A stretch of DNA of 42,699 nt from a virus. Lineage: Duplodnaviria > Heunggongvirae > Uroviricota > Caudoviricetes. Within the stretch, counting starts at the first letter, position 1. Every line of letters starts with the position of its first letter. The position numbers and the translations under genes are program-made. Of the stretch, positions 10,541 through 19,705 are shown piece by piece. Below the pieces are notes generated by a model, which did no database searches, was not told the DNA's origin, and was given only the letters and a program-made list of their open reading frames with translations. The DNA is taken from the IMG/VR virus record IMGVR_UViG_2870490042_000003. One strand, given 5' to 3'.

Positions 10541-11181
10541 TTGTCGGTGTACCTCTCTCGTTTGCTCAGTTGTTCAGGAATATGGTGCAGCAGCTCGCCG
10601 TCGCCGCAGTAAATTGCGGCGTGATTCGGCACCGATGAACCAAAACAGCACAGCAGCACATCGCCCGGCTGTGCCGCTGACAACGGCACCTGATACAGCC
10701 CCGTCGCCTCCAGATTATCCAGATAGAGATTCTGGCCGTTACGCCACCAGTCATCCTCACGATGAAAATCAGGCATCTCAATTCCCGCCAGATGGTAAGC
10801 ATCCCGGAGCAGCGTGTAACAGTCCGTCACCCCGTGCTCAAAGCGCCGCCCGGTAAGATGCGGCACACAGCGGAACTTGTGAATCGCCCCCCGGCAGACC
10901 AGCCACCACGGCAAATCACTCTGCACCTGCAGCCGCCGGTCGGCCTCACTCAGCCAGGGCAGACCACCGGGGTGGCTGTGGACCAGCGCCACAATCTCAC
11001 CCTGCATTTCTGCCTGCAGCCAGTCTTCCGGCGACATACGGAAATACGCCTCCGGCTCACCGGAGATATTCACGCAGGGAAAATATCTTTCCCCCTCCGG
11101 CGTGCTTACCACGAAGCCGCACGACTCCGCTGGCGCACATCGCCGGGCGTGCGCCAGAATCGCTGATTCTGTCTGTGTCAT
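10438..11181 (-). CDS. K: Tail assembly protein K (JAB/MPN-type plus NlpC/P60-type domains)
   Basis: 247 aa from ATG at 11181; HSHPGG...SEAD JAMM-like motif; the internal Met at residue 49 would give a 199-aa form. Confidence 0.8.
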   Translation of the reverse strand: MTQTESAILAHARRCAPAESCGFVVSTPEGERYFPCVNISGEPEAYFRMSPEDWLQAEMQGEIVALVHSHPGGLPWLSEADRRLQVQSDLPWWLVCRGAIHKFRCVPHLTGRRFEHGVTDCYTLLRDAYHLAGIEMPDFHREDDWWRNGQNLYLDNLEATGLYQVPLSAAQPGDVLLCCFGSSVPNHAAIYCGDGELLHHIPEQLSKRERYTDKWQRRTHSLWRHRAWHVSAFTGICNDLAAASTFV

Positions 11182-11186
11182 GGGAT

Positions 11187-11885
11187 TTACTGCGAAAGTT
11201 TGTTAATGGAAAGGAAGCCGCCAAAGTTGCCGACGTTATTGCGGAACTTACAACCGCTCAGGCATTTGCTGCATTTATCCTTCGTGATATCGGACGTTGG
11301 CTGGTCATATTCATCCGCGACAGCCGGACCGCTATAACCGCACTCGTCACCGCGATAGGTCCAGGTGCAGGTGTTGGCCAGCATGATACGTCCCGGAAAA
11401 ACAGCGCCATCCGTTTCCGTCGGCGTGGACAGTACAAAGGAGGCACTCACCGCGCTCAGTTCGCTGCACTGCTCAATGCGCCAGCGGCTGATCACCTCCT
11501 GCTCCGGATCGGCGTAACTGTTTCCGTTGACGAAGTTCACCGCATCCAGAAAACGGGCGTAAACCTTACGCCGGACCACCGTTCCGCCGACCAGACTCTG
11601 CATATCTTCCGCCATCCCGGTGACCATGCCGTACAGATTAGAGACTTTAAGCGTTGGCCTTGCACTGGCTCCTTTGCCGTTCATCTCAAATCCGCTTCCC
11701 TGAATGGGATAAGCCTGATACTGCCGCCCCTGCCAGGTGACTGGTTCACCTTTTTCGTTCTGCTCATTACAGAAGAAATAACGATCTCCGCCGACCTCTG
11801 TCAGATCAATTTCCCAGAGCACGACCAGCGCGGATTGCTCCGTTTTAGTGCACTCATTGAGTGTTTCCTGCTGTATATCCTGCAT
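11187..11885 (-). CDS. L: Minor tail protein L
   Basis: 232 aa; lambda L-like; ATG at 11885. Confidence 0.85.
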   Translation of the reverse strand: MQDIQQETLNECTKTEQSALVVLWEIDLTEVGGDRYFFCNEQNEKGEPVTWQGRQYQAYPIQGSGFEMNGKGASARPTLKVSNLYGMVTGMAEDMQSLVGGTVVRRKVYARFLDAVNFVNGNSYADPEQEVISRWRIEQCSELSAVSASFVLSTPTETDGAVFPGRIMLANTCTWTYRGDECGYSGPAVADEYDQPTSDITKDKCSKCLSGCKFRNNVGNFGGFLSINKLSQ

Positions 11886-12226
11886 CAGTGAGTGACCTCT
11901 TCAAAGGTACAGTTAAAATCGGTATACATGGCATTATCCGAAATGCTCCACTCCCTGCAGACAACCCGGACAGTCCTGTTGTGTTTTGGCGGACGCCACA
12001 AAAAAGCACGAATCCCGGCATGACGGGATAAAAAACTGTCCAGCGCGGCACGGGAATATTCATCTGTGACACGAAATACCGGTTTAAACGTTTTCAGATC
12101 CGCATTCAGACCACCAGCCCGTCGCTGTTCATATCCGTCACCAAACTTTACCGTAATAACTGATGGCTTTCGTGTCGTCTCCATCCCCTCACGGGGGATC
12201 CAGTTAAAAACTTCAGGCTCAGGCAC
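11885..12226 (-). CDS. M: Minor tail protein M
   Basis: Lambda M-like (…VKFGDGYEQRRAGGLNADLKT…); start placed at GTG 12226, which has GGAGGA 7 nt upstream and overlaps the H stop by 8 nt; the start is uncertain (ATG alternatives at 12241 and 12184). Confidence 0.65.
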   Translation of the reverse strand: MPEPEVFNWIPREGMETTRKPSVITVKFGDGYEQRRAGGLNADLKTFKPVFRVTDEYSRAALDSFLSRHAGIRAFLWRPPKHNRTVRVVCREWSISDNAMYTDFNCTFEEVTH

Positions 12227-15200
12227 TGTACAATCCTCCATCCCGACGCGATGACTGCATAATTGACACAACCCTGCTGTCGATCAGATCCACCAGTCCC
12301 CTGGCTGAGCGCGCATCTATCTCGCCATTGCTCCCTTGATTCTGAATGCTGATGTGATACACGGGAGAATAAACAAATCCACCGCCACCATTCACATCTC
12401 CAATGGCCCTGACCCCAAGAGAGCCGTCCGCTGCCCGTGTCAGTGGCATGATTGCTTCAGGCCCGGCCTCGCCCATCAACCCGGCCCCCTTCGCAAAAGC
12501 AAAATACGTCGGTGTATCCACAATAGTGTTACTGTAAGCACTCAGATTTGCCGATGTGTAAACACCACCTTTTGCGTTTGCCACTGCCCCCGAAATCCAT
12601 CCGCCGACCGTACCAAGCCACCCTCCGGCACCGGAGAGTGATTTCAGTCCGTTAACAATGGCTGCATTCATCAGAATTTTTGAAACTTCCCGGAGAACTG
12701 AACTCCCCCAGTTCCTCCAGTCCACAACATTTCCGGCCAGTGCATCGGAAATATTTGATACCAGCCCGTCCATAGTGGAAACGACAGCATCTGCCGCCTG
12801 CGAAGCATAATCGGTGGCACTGTCTGCCCAGTTGGTCAGCCCCTCCTGGAGTCCTGCATTCCAGTTATTACGTAAAGCATCGGCCTTTGCATAATAATCC
12901 TGCTGATCGCTGAGACGCTCTTCCAGATATTTTTTATTCAGTTCTTTCTCCTGTTTCCACAGGGCTTCTTCAATTTCTCCGGCCTGATACTGTCTCAGCA
13001 GCTCGTTATTTTTCTGCTCAAACTCATGCCGGATACTCCACATTTCCTGGAGTCGTTCACGCATCCGTGAGCCTTCACCATATCCCAGTAACTGCGCGTC
13101 GTTAGACGCCCGGGTACTGGCATTACTGTCCGCCAGGCTGCTTTCATACGCAGCAAGCTGCTCACGAATCTTTTTCTGGTCGATGAGTGCTGCATTCTGC
13201 AAAAGCGTTTTTTTCTGCGCTTCTGACAGGGTTGATAATTCGCCCTGACTGACCTGATATTTCATCTTAGCCAGTTCAGTATTCTGCCCTGCCAGTGCTA
13301 TCTGTTCTTTTTGCTGTTTAATCAGCCGTTTATAAATATCTTCTGTTTTTTCCGCTTCGGTCTTTTTATGCGCTTTGGGTTTATTTGCCTGGTTATTTCG
13401 CCAGGCATCCAGTGAGTTATTGATATAATTCTGTCTGGCTGTCTGATACGCCTCTCCCACAAAGCCAAGATCATCCGCAGCATAGCCCAGTCGAGCACGC
13501 TCACGCGCTTCCCCCTTAAGGCGGGACAGAGCCAGTTCGCGCTTGCTGTTATTCAGTGCGGTCTGCTGTTTATCATCCAGGGTTGCCTGTGGTAGCCGTA
13601 ACGGTACATTCACCAACCCCTGTCGCTGCTGAAGTAATTCATTACCAAGCCCAAGAAGGCGATTAAACTCGGTATGCTGCCCATTCATGATCAACAGGGA
13701 CTGATACGCTTTGTTTTGTTCCGCCGCCTGTTGACGGATCAACGCAACCCGCCGCTCCTCCAGCCCGGCAAGCACATCCTGAATGGATTGCGCTTTGCCC
13801 TGCATTTGTGTGAGACGGGACTGTTCAACTGCCAGTTGATTTGTTGCTTCTGCAAGCCCTTCTGTGACTGTTTTTACCGACGTCATGTGGTTAATCATAA
13901 AACCGTTATCGGTTGTCCAGCCCGGGTTTGCCAGCACATACTGATAGCCAGCAATTTTTTCCTGTAAGGATTTAATCTTACTTTTCTGCTCGTCAATTAA
14001 CCTGTTTTGCTCATCAAGTGCCTGCCGCGTCTTTTCCTCATTATCTGACGCTTCAGGAAGCGACATTGCCGACGTTTTCTGGCGAATTTCGTCGATTGTT
14101 GCGGCATACTGGCGTGCAGATTCTCTGGCCTGCTCCTGATTCTGATACATCGTGTACCAGGCCGTCGCCCCCAGCATGACGAGTCCCGGCACACCACCAA
14201 CCAGCCCCAGCGCACCACTTAACAGACGACTCCCCACTGACGTGACAGTATTCAGCGTTGTCTGCGCCGCTGTTCTGGCCGCAATATTACGGGTAAGTGA
14301 CGCCTGAGCAGCTGTCAGCTTCGCTTCTGCTGCGGCCTGCCTTTCGGTACCGCGAGCAGCAACAACCGCCTGTTGCGCACGATAAACCGCCGCACGCGCT
14401 CTGGCGGTTGCTATCTGTGTCCCCCGAAGTTGCGCTTCAGCAAGAGCCACTTCGTTTCTGGCTGCAGTAATTAATCCGGCAGTTGCAGATCCAGCAGACG
14501 ACGCCATATTGCCAAAATATCGGGCTACCCCGACGGCAACCAGTGCGCCAGCTGCAGCAGCCACGGTATCAATATTGTCTGCAACACCATTCAGCACACC
14601 GGAGAGTGTCTTTGTCACTCCGCTTGCCTCGTTCGCACCACCAACCCAGGCCATAAAGGCGTTTTCAACTTTGGTTGCAGAGGATGAAACAGTATCAGGC
14701 ATTGCTGCATATTCATCACGCAACGCCCCAAGCTGACTAATCAGTGCAGGAACAACCTTATCGGCGGTCAGTTTTCCGTTATCCGCCATGGCCTTCAGAT
14801 CCTTACGGGCAACCCCCATTCCCGCAGCCAGCGCACGAATAACACGATCGCCGTTCTCATTCACCGAGTTAAACTCTTCACCGCGCAGCACTCCCTGCGC
14901 CAGTGCCTGACTGAACTGCATGATCACCGAACTGGCTTCTGCTGTACTGGCACCGGATAATTTCAGGCCCGTGGAGATCGCCTCGGTGACTTTCAGTACC
15001 TCCTCAGAACTGTAACCATACTCCCGCATGGAAGCTGCAGAACGGGCAAAAAGGCTGGCGTTATCAGAAAACGCCGTCCCCGTTCTCTGGCTGATCGCCA
15101 TTAATTCACGCTGTGATGCCTGAAAATCATCACTGGACTGTGAGGCCTGCTTCAGACGGGCATTTACTGAATTCCACTCATCGGCGAGAGAAATAAGATG

Positions 15201-15452
15201 ACCGGTAGCAAAAGCCCCGGCAAATGCCCCCGCCATATTCAGTGCCGAAGATTTAGCTGTATTTATCTGATCCGTCACTTCTGCCAGTGCACGCCGCATT
15301 TCACGGGAGGCAGCAGCAGACTGTTGGCCTCCGTTCTGCATGGTGCGGTAGTAATCCTGCCCCATACGCGAAGCCCGGGAGATCTCTGACTGGAATGACC
15401 GGGAGTTTGCCGAGATTTTAATAATCAGTTCACGTAATGTCGCCACACTCAT
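12219..15452 (-). CDS. H: Tail tape measure protein H
   Basis: 1077 aa, long coiled-coil-rich protein at the tape-measure position between GT and M; start ATG 15452 or GTG 15446. Confidence 0.85.
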   Translation of the reverse strand: MSVATLRELIIKISANSRSFQSEISRASRMGQDYYRTMQNGGQQSAAASREMRRALAEVTDQINTAKSSALNMAGAFAGAFATGHLISLADEWNSVNARLKQASQSSDDFQASQRELMAISQRTGTAFSDNASLFARSAASMREYGYSSEEVLKVTEAISTGLKLSGASTAEASSVIMQFSQALAQGVLRGEEFNSVNENGDRVIRALAAGMGVARKDLKAMADNGKLTADKVVPALISQLGALRDEYAAMPDTVSSSATKVENAFMAWVGGANEASGVTKTLSGVLNGVADNIDTVAAAAGALVAVGVARYFGNMASSAGSATAGLITAARNEVALAEAQLRGTQIATARARAAVYRAQQAVVAARGTERQAAAEAKLTAAQASLTRNIAARTAAQTTLNTVTSVGSRLLSGALGLVGGVPGLVMLGATAWYTMYQNQEQARESARQYAATIDEIRQKTSAMSLPEASDNEEKTRQALDEQNRLIDEQKSKIKSLQEKIAGYQYVLANPGWTTDNGFMINHMTSVKTVTEGLAEATNQLAVEQSRLTQMQGKAQSIQDVLAGLEERRVALIRQQAAEQNKAYQSLLIMNGQHTEFNRLLGLGNELLQQRQGLVNVPLRLPQATLDDKQQTALNNSKRELALSRLKGEARERARLGYAADDLGFVGEAYQTARQNYINNSLDAWRNNQANKPKAHKKTEAEKTEDIYKRLIKQQKEQIALAGQNTELAKMKYQVSQGELSTLSEAQKKTLLQNAALIDQKKIREQLAAYESSLADSNASTRASNDAQLLGYGEGSRMRERLQEMWSIRHEFEQKNNELLRQYQAGEIEEALWKQEKELNKKYLEERLSDQQDYYAKADALRNNWNAGLQEGLTNWADSATDYASQAADAVVSTMDGLVSNISDALAGNVVDWRNWGSSVLREVSKILMNAAIVNGLKSLSGAGGWLGTVGGWISGAVANAKGGVYTSANLSAYSNTIVDTPTYFAFAKGAGLMGEAGPEAIMPLTRAADGSLGVRAIGDVNGGGGFVYSPVYHISIQNQGSNGEIDARSARGLVDLIDSRVVSIMQSSRRDGGLYSA

Positions 15453-15462
15453 TCTCCGGACG

Positions 15463-15484
15463 AAAAAAAACCGCCGAAGCGGTT
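15463..15484 (-). terminator. Intrinsic terminator-like hairpin between T and H
   Basis: - strand ACCGC-TTCG-GCGGT followed by TTTTTTTT, then GGAGA and the H start. Confidence 0.5.
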
Positions 15485-15492
15485 ATGTTGAC

Positions 15493-16181
15493 TCACTGAG
15501 ACACTATTAAAAGCGCGTTTTCCAGTCCGGCAAATGGATCTGAAGCGCCTTCTGTCTGCTCCTTCTCCCACTGAAGAAGCGCATCATTCAGTGACACTTT
15601 GACCCCCTGCGCACCGTAAATAGCTGAAACAATCTGGGCAGCCCGGAAATCAGCCCGTTCGTCCCCCAGCGGGCTGAACCTGTCAAATTCTGCCCACATC
15701 ATGATTTCTGATGCGGACATTTCCCGGCGTAACTCTGACAATGTGCGCCCCATCCTGAGCGCCAGCATCATCAGAAAACGCATCCCCGGAAGCGCTACTT
15801 TTTTTTAACCTCGCCGGCATCACTGATCAGTTCCAGAGACTGCCGAAGAAGCCGCGCATGCACCGGGCCATACACGGCAATCACCTGTTCACGATCATCC
15901 TCTGAAAATACGGGTTGCAGTCCGGTATCACACAGAACATCAATGAACAGTTCAACATCTGCCTCCAGATTTCGGCGGGCGCGCTCCGCAACGGATAACG
16001 GTGTCTCATCATCTTTTGCTTTAACGATCTCCTGCCAGCGCAACCAGGCTTCTGCAGAAGGTTCCCGTAACACAACCGTTGCTCCCTCCCATTCAGGCAC
16101 ATCAACGGTTTTATGGCGAAACCCCGACATCGTTGCCAGTGCCAGATTACGGATATTTTTAGTCATCACATCCATCCTCAT
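15493..16181 (-). CDS. GT: Tail assembly chaperone GT, fusion made by a programmed -1 ribosomal frameshift
   Basis: The G frame ends GEVKKK-stop at 15795; the -1 frame is open from 15804 to the stop at 15493; slippery heptamer A AAA AAG at 15804-15798; same arrangement as lambda G/GT. Confidence 0.7.
15795..16181 (-). CDS. G: Tail assembly chaperone G
   Basis: 128-aa ORF immediately downstream of V; the real start may be the ATG at 16166 (MTKNIRN..., AGGA upstream). Confidence 0.75.
   Translation of the reverse strand: MRMDVMTKNIRNLALATMSGFRHKTVDVPEWEGATVVLREPSAEAWLRWQEIVKAKDDETPLSVAERARRNLEADVELFIDVLCDTGLQPVFSEDDREQVIAVYGPVHARLLRQSLELISDAGEVKKK
15798..15804 (-). other. -1 programmed frameshift slippery site A_AAA_AAG (G to GT)
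   Basis: The heptamer lies in the G zero frame 2 codons before the G stop; the downstream -1 frame is open for about 100 codons. Confidence 0.65.
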
Positions 16182-16885
16182 TAACTGACGGTTACAGTGC
16201 AGGAAGTGGAGGTCACTTTGTTAACCGGGCTCGCTGAATCAGAAATCTCGCAGGTATACGCACCGGCATCACCGGATGCTGCTGATGCCTTACTGAACGT
16301 TGCCGCCGTCTGTCCGGAAACAGGAGAACCACCTTTTTTCCAGGCATAAGAATAAGGCGGCACACCACCCACAGCCTCAACCGCCATTTCAAGTTTCGCT
16401 CCGGAAGCAACCCGCAGCGTGCTTTTTAAATCGACCTTCACTTTCAGCTGCTCTGTCGTCAGCACAGGCTTACCTTTCAGGCGCAGAGAAAACGTTGCAG
16501 CCACAACACCATTGGTTCCTGCAGACCAGGTATGCTGACGCACCTCTGCCATAAAGGTAAATCCGTTGCCTGACGGAAAAATAACTTTAAAGCCATACGT
16601 GGTGTCATTGTCATAGGCACTGCGCAACGCGTTCTGGGCAGCATTCAGATAAAAGTTGCCTGACATGGAAATCTCTGAAGCAGCCCCAAGACCGTTAATA
16701 TTTTCCTGCTCAACAGAATACAGCGTGGTGACATCAATATCCTGCTTTTGTCCTGCGGTAAACTGCACCTCTTTGATTGTACAGCTCAGGCCAAGATAGC
16801 TGGCAGAATCCAGGGTTTCTGCTGTTACCGGTGCAGACGAAATCATAATTTTCGTCAGTTGCGAACGCTCAAAATTAGAGGACAT
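16181..16885 (-). CDS. V: Major tail protein V with a C-terminal Ig-like domain
   Basis: 234 aa; position and lambda V-like sequence; ATG at 16885 with AGGAGA SD. Confidence 0.85.
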   Translation of the reverse strand: MSSNFERSQLTKIMISSAPVTAETLDSASYLGLSCTIKEVQFTAGQKQDIDVTTLYSVEQENINGLGAASEISMSGNFYLNAAQNALRSAYDNDTTYGFKVIFPSGNGFTFMAEVRQHTWSAGTNGVVAATFSLRLKGKPVLTTEQLKVKVDLKSTLRVASGAKLEMAVEAVGGVPPYSYAWKKGGSPVSGQTAATFSKASAASGDAGAYTCEISDSASPVNKVTSTSCTVTVS

Positions 16886-16902
16886 ACTCGTCTCCTGAAA
16901 AT

Positions 16903-16924
16903 AAAAAAACCCGCCAGCGGCGGG
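16903..16924 (-). terminator. Intrinsic terminator-like hairpin immediately upstream of V
   Basis: - strand CCCGCC-GCT-GGCGGG followed by TTTTTTT, then AGGAGA and the V ATG. Confidence 0.5.
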
Positions 16925-16945
16925 TGGGTAAAATCATTAATGACC

Positions 16946-17290
16946 TCAGGCTATTACCTGGAATTCAAGCGTGGCTCTGCTCAGACGGGAGTCAGGATCA
17001 TAACCCTGCGTTTTAGAAATAACGGAGGGTGCCAGTTTTCTTACCGCATCAAGCGCCTGCTCACGAATATTATCTGCGTCATCAGGTACTGTCGCCCAGA
17101 CATCGATCTGCACGGTAATTCTGGATTCAGCCTGCCCATCAAGCACATCAGATACCGTGTCAGACACCACAGAAAACACCAGCCACGGCGGAGATACTGC
17201 AGGCTTTCCCTCCGTCAGCGGGACCACATAAGGATAAACCTGTCCTCCGGCCAGCTGAGACAACAGGGAATACAGTGTGCCCTCCCTCAT
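16946..17290 (-). CDS. Tail terminator / tail completion protein (U-like position)
   Basis: 114 aa; ATGA overlap with the upstream gene; position between head-tail joining genes and V. Confidence 0.6.
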   Translation of the reverse strand: MREGTLYSLLSQLAGGQVYPYVVPLTEGKPAVSPPWLVFSVVSDTVSDVLDGQAESRITVQIDVWATVPDDADNIREQALDAVRKLAPSVISKTQGYDPDSRLSRATLEFQVIA

Positions 17291-17733
17291 TTACTTAAGA
17301 CCTCATCAATAGCCTGATTCATTCGCTGTATGGCAACCTGCGCCGCCAGCTCCTCTGTCGTATCGAAAGCCGGGCGAATGAATGGATGCGCGGGCATGTT
17401 TATCGTTCCCAGCTCCACAAAGCGCCAGTAAAATGCATTTCGGGGATCGCTGGCTTTCATGCTGTTATCACTGTTTCCGGTTCGCAGGTTCCGTCCGCGA
17501 ATGTGGACACCCGAGATAATTTCCCCCCGACGCTTTGAACGCTGAGTGAGAACAACCACATTTTTCTTCAGTTTCCCGGTTCGCTCCGGCGCACGTTCAA
17601 CAACTGCATCCCGCATAACTTCAGCACCGGCACGGGTGGCATCGCGCAGAACCTTATTGTTTTCTGCCCTGCTGAGCGTCTCCAAATCCCGTGCAATATC
17701 CGCCAGGCCGGAAAAATCAAGACTGAAATCCAT
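17287..17733 (-). CDS. Tail-component protein, HK97 gp10-like
   Basis: 148 aa from ATG 17733 (the track's M1 is GTG); conserved position in HK97-type head-tail joining modules. Confidence 0.6.
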   Translation of the reverse strand: MDFSLDFSGLADIARDLETLSRAENNKVLRDATRAGAEVMRDAVVERAPERTGKLKKNVVVLTQRSKRRGEIISGVHIRGRNLRTGNSDNSMKASDPRNAFYWRFVELGTINMPAHPFIRPAFDTTEELAAQVAIQRMNQAIDEVLSK

Positions 17734-18071
17734 CACACATTCCCCTTCAGGCTGCAGAGTATTTCAAGCCGGGTAGCGCGTGCATCCGGTATTGGTGGAC
17801 CTTCTATACCCAGAATGGCCCCTTTAAATGCACCGGTCAGCACTTTCAGACGTGAAGTCGCTGTCACATCGCGCCGGAATCTCATCCAGACTCTGACCGT
17901 AGCCTGAGCGGTTTCTGCTCCGCCTGAGATTATCTCCCTCCCGCTGATACCCTTAACTTCTGCCCATACGGTAGCTCCCTCCGTCACCGTCTCCACCGGA
18001 TGCCCTGACGGAGAGCGGGCGGTGGTGACATTCAGAATAATTACGCGATCACGTAATCTGCCCGCCTGCAT
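17733..18071 (-). CDS. Head-tail adaptor / head closure protein
   Basis: 112 aa; position after the connector in an HK97-type module. Confidence 0.6.
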   Translation of the reverse strand: MQAGRLRDRVIILNVTTARSPSGHPVETVTEGATVWAEVKGISGREIISGGAETAQATVRVWMRFRRDVTATSRLKVLTGAFKGAILGIEGPPIPDARATRLEILCSLKGNV

Positions 18072-18079
18072 GTCTCCTC

Positions 18080-18397
18080 CTACAAAGGAATAAAACGATA
18101 AGGCTCCAGCAGAGAAGAAAAACCAAACGGGACTGGTGCCTTACTGACATCTGAGGAATTTTCCCGGTTTTCGCACCAGTGCCCGACCAGCAACATGAGC
18201 GCCAGCAAAACATCATCAGCTATAAGCACCCCTTCAGGATCACCTTCCGGCACCGTCTCCTCATAAAGCTTACGGTTGATAAAATTTTCTGCCTTGCGGC
18301 AGGCAGCCCGGAAATACAGCATCAGTAACTCATCATCAGTTGCATCATCTGTATCAATACGGCACTGCGCCCTGAGTTTTTCCACTATTGCTGCCAT
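18080..18397 (-). CDS. Head-tail connector protein (HK97 gp6-like)
   Basis: Start placed at ATG 18397 (AGGAG 7 nt upstream); the track's longer ORF begins at a TTG inside the capsid gene. Confidence 0.6.
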   Translation of the reverse strand: MAAIVEKLRAQCRIDTDDATDDELLMLYFRAACRKAENFINRKLYEETVPEGDPEGVLIADDVLLALMLLVGHWCENRENSSDVSKAPVPFGFSSLLEPYRFIPL

Positions 18398-18430
18398 CAG
18401 AAACTCCTGCCCGCAACACTGTGCGGGCAT

Positions 18431-18452
18431 AAAAAAACCGCGTCGGCGCGGT
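18431..18452 (-). terminator. Intrinsic terminator directly after the major capsid gene
   Basis: - strand ACCGCG-CCGA-CGCGGT followed by TTTTTTT. Confidence 0.55.
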
Positions 18453-18473
18453 CTGTAACTGAACAACGAGTGG

Positions 18474-19691
18474 TTATTTGCCAGTGAGCGCCTTGATGGC
18501 TGCCACATCTTCCAGCACACAGTCAAAACGATGGAAAGCCAGAAATGCCACCTGATCAAACTCAGCATAACGCTCAACCAGACGTTTCAGTTCCATATAA
18601 GTAACGCGGCGAATGATAAAGCGGTTGAAATCCCCCAGGAAAATGAATTTTTTTCCAGTACCAATCCCGTCAATAGCCTGATCAATAACATAAGGGATCC
18701 CCAGCACAGTAGCCGGCGTACCGCCTGCAATATCCGGCAGCCATAACGGGCGTTTCTGTCCATCCTCCATCTCTTCAATAGTCTGCAATGTGGCATCATT
18801 GAATGCCCAGCGGTATTTCGGCCCACCACGATATGCCGGATCAATGGCATGTTTCAGGGCATTCATTTCTTTCCAGGTGAAAGCGGCAGAGGCTGCAGTC
18901 TGGATGGTTCCCGTCACCGACGCTGCCAGCCCTTTTGGCTGTAACGGTGATCCCGTTCCGGTCCCCTGAACCAGATATTTTGCCTCTCCACGACCAATAC
19001 GCTGGGCAATACGGTTTGCCAGATAAGATTCAATATCCACCCCACTGTCCTGGAGCAGCTCATTGGACACACGAATTATTTTTGATGACAGCTTTTTAGC
19101 CCCCAGAATAGCGGTCCCGAACGTCACATCCTGTTCCGTTGCGGCTGTATTTTCCGCCAGCAGTTCGCCCTCTTCAGTCGTGCCATCAGACGTTGACCAG
19201 GTGATATCCTGCCCGGTTGATGTGGTCAGAAGTTGCGCCACACTGGCAATCCCGCCATAAGCCTTCATGGTGTCAATGATTTTGTTACGCATCTGCGTGG
19301 GCACCGTATATCCGCCCTGAGAATCCGTTGTTACACTCTGAGCCCGCAGTTCACGCATCAGATTACGCTCTTCAGCATTCAGTTCTGCAAATCCGGCACG
19401 CAGAAAACGGTTAAATGCCGCAGCACGCTTCTCTTCCACCGCCTTTTTCCCGTTCTCCGCCTCATTATTCTGGCGCTCTTCCGGCCCGGACTCATCCACA
19501 TATGCCTGATCCTGACGGCGCAACTCTTCTTCACGGGCGATTTGCTCATCCAGCGCATCCAGCTCAGCTTTCGCCCTGTTCCACTCTGCCCGTTGCTCAT
19601 CAGTCCATGCGTTATCACCAATTTTTTCATGCAGTGCACGCATATCCTTTGCAATGGTGTTTCGTTTTTGCTTCATCTCATGAAGTTTCAT
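18474..19691 (-). CDS. Major capsid protein, HK97 family, with N-terminal delta/scaffold domain
   Basis: 405 aa; coiled-coil N-terminal region then HK97-like fold sequence; ATG at 19691. Confidence 0.9.
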   Translation of the reverse strand: MKLHEMKQKRNTIAKDMRALHEKIGDNAWTDEQRAEWNRAKAELDALDEQIAREEELRRQDQAYVDESGPEERQNNEAENGKKAVEEKRAAAFNRFLRAGFAELNAEERNLMRELRAQSVTTDSQGGYTVPTQMRNKIIDTMKAYGGIASVAQLLTTSTGQDITWSTSDGTTEEGELLAENTAATEQDVTFGTAILGAKKLSSKIIRVSNELLQDSGVDIESYLANRIAQRIGRGEAKYLVQGTGTGSPLQPKGLAASVTGTIQTAASAAFTWKEMNALKHAIDPAYRGGPKYRWAFNDATLQTIEEMEDGQKRPLWLPDIAGGTPATVLGIPYVIDQAIDGIGTGKKFIFLGDFNRFIIRRVTYMELKRLVERYAEFDQVAFLAFHRFDCVLEDVAAIKALTGK

Positions 19692-19705
19692 CGTCAGTAG
19701 TATCC

